A stretch of 64,000 bases of DNA from Klebsormidium nitens (lineage: Eukaryota; Plantae; Klebsormidiophyceae): contig DF236987.1 of assembly GCA_000708835.1 (NCBI GenBank), forward strand, positions 239,328 to 303,327, written 5' to 3'. Made by a program: the position numbers and the translations under genes. Positions 59,434-64,000 of the stretch are shown here, one piece after another (within the stretch, counting starts at the first letter, position 1; each line of letters starts with the position of its first letter). The notes under the pieces are model-generated. The model did not search any database. It saw only the letters and a program-made list of their open reading frames with translations, and was not told where the DNA came from.

Positions 59434-61099
59434 CATACGACGGGGCGCACACTTGCTTCAAACTGGAAATCACGGGACAGACGTAAGCCAAAATCTTCGA
59501 TTTGCCGGCGCTGATTGAGCTTTAGTATTCAGAATATGGCCCATGGGCAGTGTCCAGCATTCGATTTATGGAGAGCTCTGCAACAGGAGAATAGGAATTT
59601 TATGTACCGACTTGAATGTCGAAGTCGGCTCTTGTCGAACGGCAAGTTTGAAAATTCGCAAATGCTGATGCAAATTGCCAATCGTCACAAATAGGAACCG
59701 TCGAAATGACCTCACCATATTGTCTCCACTTGTTTGCAACAATGTCATCAGAAACTAAAACTTGATGACTCAGCGATCAGGATCCAGCAGTCGGGAAGCC
59801 AGAATCAAGTACCGGGGGGCGGCCCGCGGGTATCGATCAGGATTCAGGCCGTACAGTATCTGGGTGTGTACGGTAGGGTCCCGGGTGGTCCAAGGTTGGT
59901 CCTGTACCTGCCGGTACCAGGTACAGTAGTATTAAGTACGGTAGTTCCTCGATCGTCCATCCCCGCCTAAAAGGAAAAGTTTAACACCTATATATTATAT
60001 ATACCTATATTAAAGGAACTTAAATTCAGCCATAAGACACGCCCGGGGAACGGGTGGGGCTGGTATATGGTGGTTAGGGTGGTTTAGGTTGCGGAGCGCG
60101 TCAGGTTTGTGGGTTAGGGGTTTTAGTCAGGCTGCTGCCCCGAGTACTTTCTTATAGGCATTTAATACGTTACCTAGATGATAGATCCTTTATATATACG
60201 GTATGAACTTGACGGGCATGAGCCCGCGCCGGGCGCCCGGCGCGCTTCTGTGGCGGTAGGTAGCAGGTACCGGTAGCTAGGCACTGTTGGGTACCGGCAG
60301 TGCAGGTATACGCCGGACGTGTGCATACACGGTACCTACCTACGGTACCGGTAATTACTAATATGTACCTATCCTAGCAAGACGGTTTGACATTGTACGA
60401 CACGGTTGCCTTGCATAAAGCACCCGGTACACCCTGTGAGCACCGACAAGTTACCTACAACGTCACGCAACTTCCGACCTGACAGGCTGACAGGCGGACC
60501 AGGTAGGCGGCGCACGGCCCGGGGGATGATCGACCCGGGTGGATATATGACACCGAGATGTGGTCACTGTCCTCTTCAGGCACCCCTTCCTGCCGGTTGC
60601 TGGCCCCTGGAAACGCAGCCGACTGTAGGTTTCTGACGAAAACGCCTCGAGGAACCTCTGGCTTTATCAGAGACATATCCAATCCAACGTGGCACAAACC
60701 ACAAAACGGGCTTTCCAACACGTGCGTGATGAACCACGTGACCGGGACGACTTGCTCGGAGCGAACTTCGGACACTTCGCCATTGAGAATTGGGACATAT
60801 TGATGACAATTTGTTGAGCCTTTGCCCAGCCTTTGCCTCCGATTTCCCGATTGGTATTGCTAAGTGACTTTTATACCCAGTAGTTACGCCATGATGAGGT
60901 AGCATGTCATGTTAGTCATGCATGTTGCTTTGTTGTTAGTCACTGCTTGGTAACTAGTATAGAAACAATTTTTGATAAAGCCTGAACTCCGAAATTGCTT
61001 GTTTTTGCGCCATGGGCCTAGGTGCCTACTAAGCGTGTATAAAAAGAAATGACCATGAGAATATGATTCAAGTTGGATCGAAGCCTATGGCCGCACTGG

Positions 61100-63977
61100 C
61101 TATACGGCGTACTTCACGTACTTGGCTATACGGCGTACAACACAACGAAGCGGGTACAACGCCGTAGAGGGCGCTGTCAAGCTCTCGACACCGGGGAGCA
61201 GGGCATTCGCTCTCGTCTCCCCGAACTCCACGGCCTGCAGGCGTTCTGCGGTGCGGGTCCACGGGCGCTCCACGAAGTCGCGTGCTGCCGAGACGCAGTT
61301 GTCGAGGCCCTCGATAGCTGACAACGGCCAGCCAGCTCGTCCCACCCCAAGCCCGACAGCACCTCGGCCGAAGAGGGTCAGCCGATAGAGATGGTGCAAC
61401 GCTGGGGTGAAATACCTGGGGAAACCGAACCCGAAGTGGTCCAGCAACCGCCCCAGGATGGGGGCGTGCTCAGCTAAGATCGCCTTATCATCTAGGTTGG
61501 CAACTCCCCCTAGGAGTAGCTTCCTGACCACGGCCAGAGCCTGCTTATGCTGAATCAGATTGCTGTCATCGGAGACCGACTGCGGCGTGCCTAAGCCATA
61601 GAGTAGCTCCGCCCACTTTGGGGGGCATCGCGGTGGTCGTAGAGGGGAAGCTCGCAGGGCCTCTGTCTTGATCCCCTCTAGATTCGCCAGCATTGCACCA
61701 TTCTTCGATCGAATCTGTGCAAACTGGTCGAGGAGAAGGCGGCGCCGCTCGTAGAAAAGCACTGGGTCGGCCTCTTCGTCGACGGGGTTCGGCACGAACT
61801 CTGGGGCGACCTGCACGTCCTCTCGGTCGAGTGCGGCCTGCGACATGGAGATGAGGCGGCTAGAGACAGGAGCGTTGTTCATGAAGGTAGATGGCCTACT
61901 ACCTGACCGTACATTCAAAGCAAGCGATCGTACGGTTCTGAAGAGACAGCCTAGATCGGACGGCTGTGAATCCGGGAACAAATCGTTTTTCCAGATATCA
62001 CAATGCTTAAGTATTAGGATCGTTTTTTGTTCCCGATTTGGAGGGGTCTACGGAATCAGTCACGCCGTGCACGCGATCCTATCAGCCACGTTGGACTAGC
62101 TTCAAGTCAGCTCACCAGCAATTCGTCGAACTCCACGTTGCTCAGCTTGGCTCCTAGATCAGGGTCGCCAGGATGATGCTGGCTGAAGCGCGCAATCAAT
62201 GCACGCAACTCTGGTTGGTGCACCAAACGCCGCTTCAAGCCAGCCCCACCCAAGGCCGCAGCCCCACCCCCGGCTCCATCAGCTTCACAACATTCACCCC
62301 CTTGGCATCTTGACTCGGCGCCGTAAATGGCCGCAACTGCGCAGCGCTGGACCCAGCCAGCCCTCCCTTCTGCCGCCCGCCGTCGGCACAAGCCAGCCCC
62401 GCGATGCCGTCGCAGAGAAGTACCTCCGGGTGGGGTCCGCAGATGCTACAACATTCGAGAATGGAGCGTCCAGGGCGTTCGCAGGATCAGGTAGGGCCAA
62501 TTCCGGCACTCATAGTTTTGGCTCCCTAGCGGCATGGTNNNNNNNNNNNNNNNNNNNNTTTAGCCTCGATAAGGGCGTTACAAGCAGAGCCAATGCCTTG
62601 CACGCATCGCAACAGGAGTTGGCAAGCCGCTTGTGTGACGATGACGCTTCTAGTCCAGCAGTACAAACCCAAGGCCTCTCCATTGAAGTGGACCCTGTGC
62701 TTTTCTGGACAAGTGCAGCTGAGTAGATGCGAACTTTCACCTGCACGCAAAAGTTCACATATTGACTAAGCAAGATCTACCTCAAGCGGCGTGGGCCATC
62801 GGAAAAGAAGCAAAACAAGAGCACAGAGAGGTTAATACTGTGATGGACACGGGGTCCGACTTCTGACAAACAGCCTGAGATCTACTAAAAGATGAGACCC
62901 TGAAGCCATAGAAAAGTTTTGCACTCTGAAATATACAAGATCTGCATAACCAAGACAAGCTGGCACCCACCTCCTGCGACCAGTCCAGCGAGTAGATGTG
63001 AGACGTCTGCATCAGGCTCAACCAGCCCGTCCCACAGGGGGGCGGCTCTCTTGGACAAGGAGCGCATAAGCCCGCCATTCTGCTCAGTTCCTCGAAATCT
63101 CGCGCCACCAGCTGGCTCACTCTCACCGGCTGCTTCAACAATGTGACGGGGGGGTCATGGACGGCCAACCCGTCTGTCGGGCGCACGAGCTTTGGAGTCT
63201 CTACCTGGACAGCCTCTGCACCCATCAGCATGACAACCGCAACACGTGCGGGCTCAACGTGAAGGCACGTCGACGAAGGGCAAATGCAACTGCCGCATAC
63301 ACGGATAACATCTGGCCCTTGCCCCCCGGCCGAGCATGCTGACGGCCCACCCTCTCCAAGGTCCACCACATCAGATCGCAAGTTGCTTCCAGCAGTGGCT
63401 GAGCGGCCCAGTAGGTTTTAGACCTCCGTTTCACCCCCCGTTGTGCAGACCCTGTGACGAAAGTCCCGTTCTCAGTCTCGGCTCGCGGACGCTTCCCAGT
63501 TGCGCTGCTATTCGCAGGACTACAACACCGGCCTTCGCAGGGCTGCCTGTCAAGACCCACCCCACCGAACAGTGAGAGATGCTGCTTGCAAAAGCAAACG
63601 TCACCCTTGCATACTGCGTCGTGCTGCTCCCCCGCGACAAGACCGAGGAGATAACGCTCTTCATCCGTAAGGGCTTCCAGCTCTTCCTGGGGACCGGCTT
63701 CGCCGTCTGCACAACTCTCTTCACCGGCTTGCGGGGGAGTGGGACCGGCGTGCTGCTTCCCAACCGCCACCTCACTGGCCTTCTGGTGCAGCCATAATCT
63801 GGCCCGCTCCAGCTGCGATTCCGAGAAGAGGCGACCATCCAATCTGCTCACCCCCTCTCTCCTCTGCAGCGCTCTCTTGACCTCCTGAAGGTGACTGCAA
63901 TCGGTCGTCTTGCTGCAGCCTGCTCGCCTCCCCTCGCAGTACCACTGAAACTCTGCCTCTGCGCTGAAGTGCACCAT
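61100..63977 (-). pseudogene. Degenerate, 3'-truncated KDZ (Kyakuja/Dileera/Zisupton)-like transposase fragment
   Basis: SWIM-like WYCEGRRAGCSKTTDCSHLQEV. A CxC-type cluster is rebuilt across a splice and a frameshift as CPREPPPCGTGW...IYSLDWSQEVKVRIY-SCTCPEKHRVHFNGEALGLYCWT...TQAACQLLL. Downstream helical blocks RRLVHQPELRALIARFS and CPPKWAELLYGL. Several frame breaks, a 20-N gap at 62539-62558, and no catalytic domain seen. Family assignment is from remembered motif patterns. Confidence 0.55.
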
Positions 63978-64000
63978 TGTCCTCTTAGGCGAGGTGGAAC

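Noticed and set aside
60455-60905. Minus-strand ORFs as the missing KDZ catalytic domain
   Set aside because: The Cys/His/ESP-like words are in the wrong order and frames, with no convincing catalytic motifs.

Overview
Eukaryotic, intron-rich genomic DNA from a green plant lineage. Plastid-targeted L10, a plant U-box/ARM ligase and a KRP suggest a streptophyte alga such as Klebsormidium; this is inference only. All gene models were built by hand from GT-AG sites and frame continuity. Host genes in order: PGK (+, 5' end outside the window), plastid ribosomal protein L10 (-), U5 snRNP 40-kDa WD40 protein (+), UND-U-box-ARM E3 ligase (+), an unknown single-pass membrane protein (-), a DUF3128/Emi1-like protein (+) and an ICK/KRP CDK inhibitor (-). 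Mobile DNA: two MITEs with intact termini and target duplications, a degenerate KDZ-like transposase fragment at the right end, and a 14.8-kb element bounded by 39-bp inverted repeats (CACGAG...CTCGTG, AAA on both flanks). That element carries three spliced genes, and I could not recognise a transposase among them. The most striking unexplained pattern: at eight or more acceptor sites in four host genes, the intron end plus the first 20-60 nt of the exon is tandemly repeated upstream of the real exon in units of about 115-210 bp. No CRISPR, rRNA or tRNA was seen.
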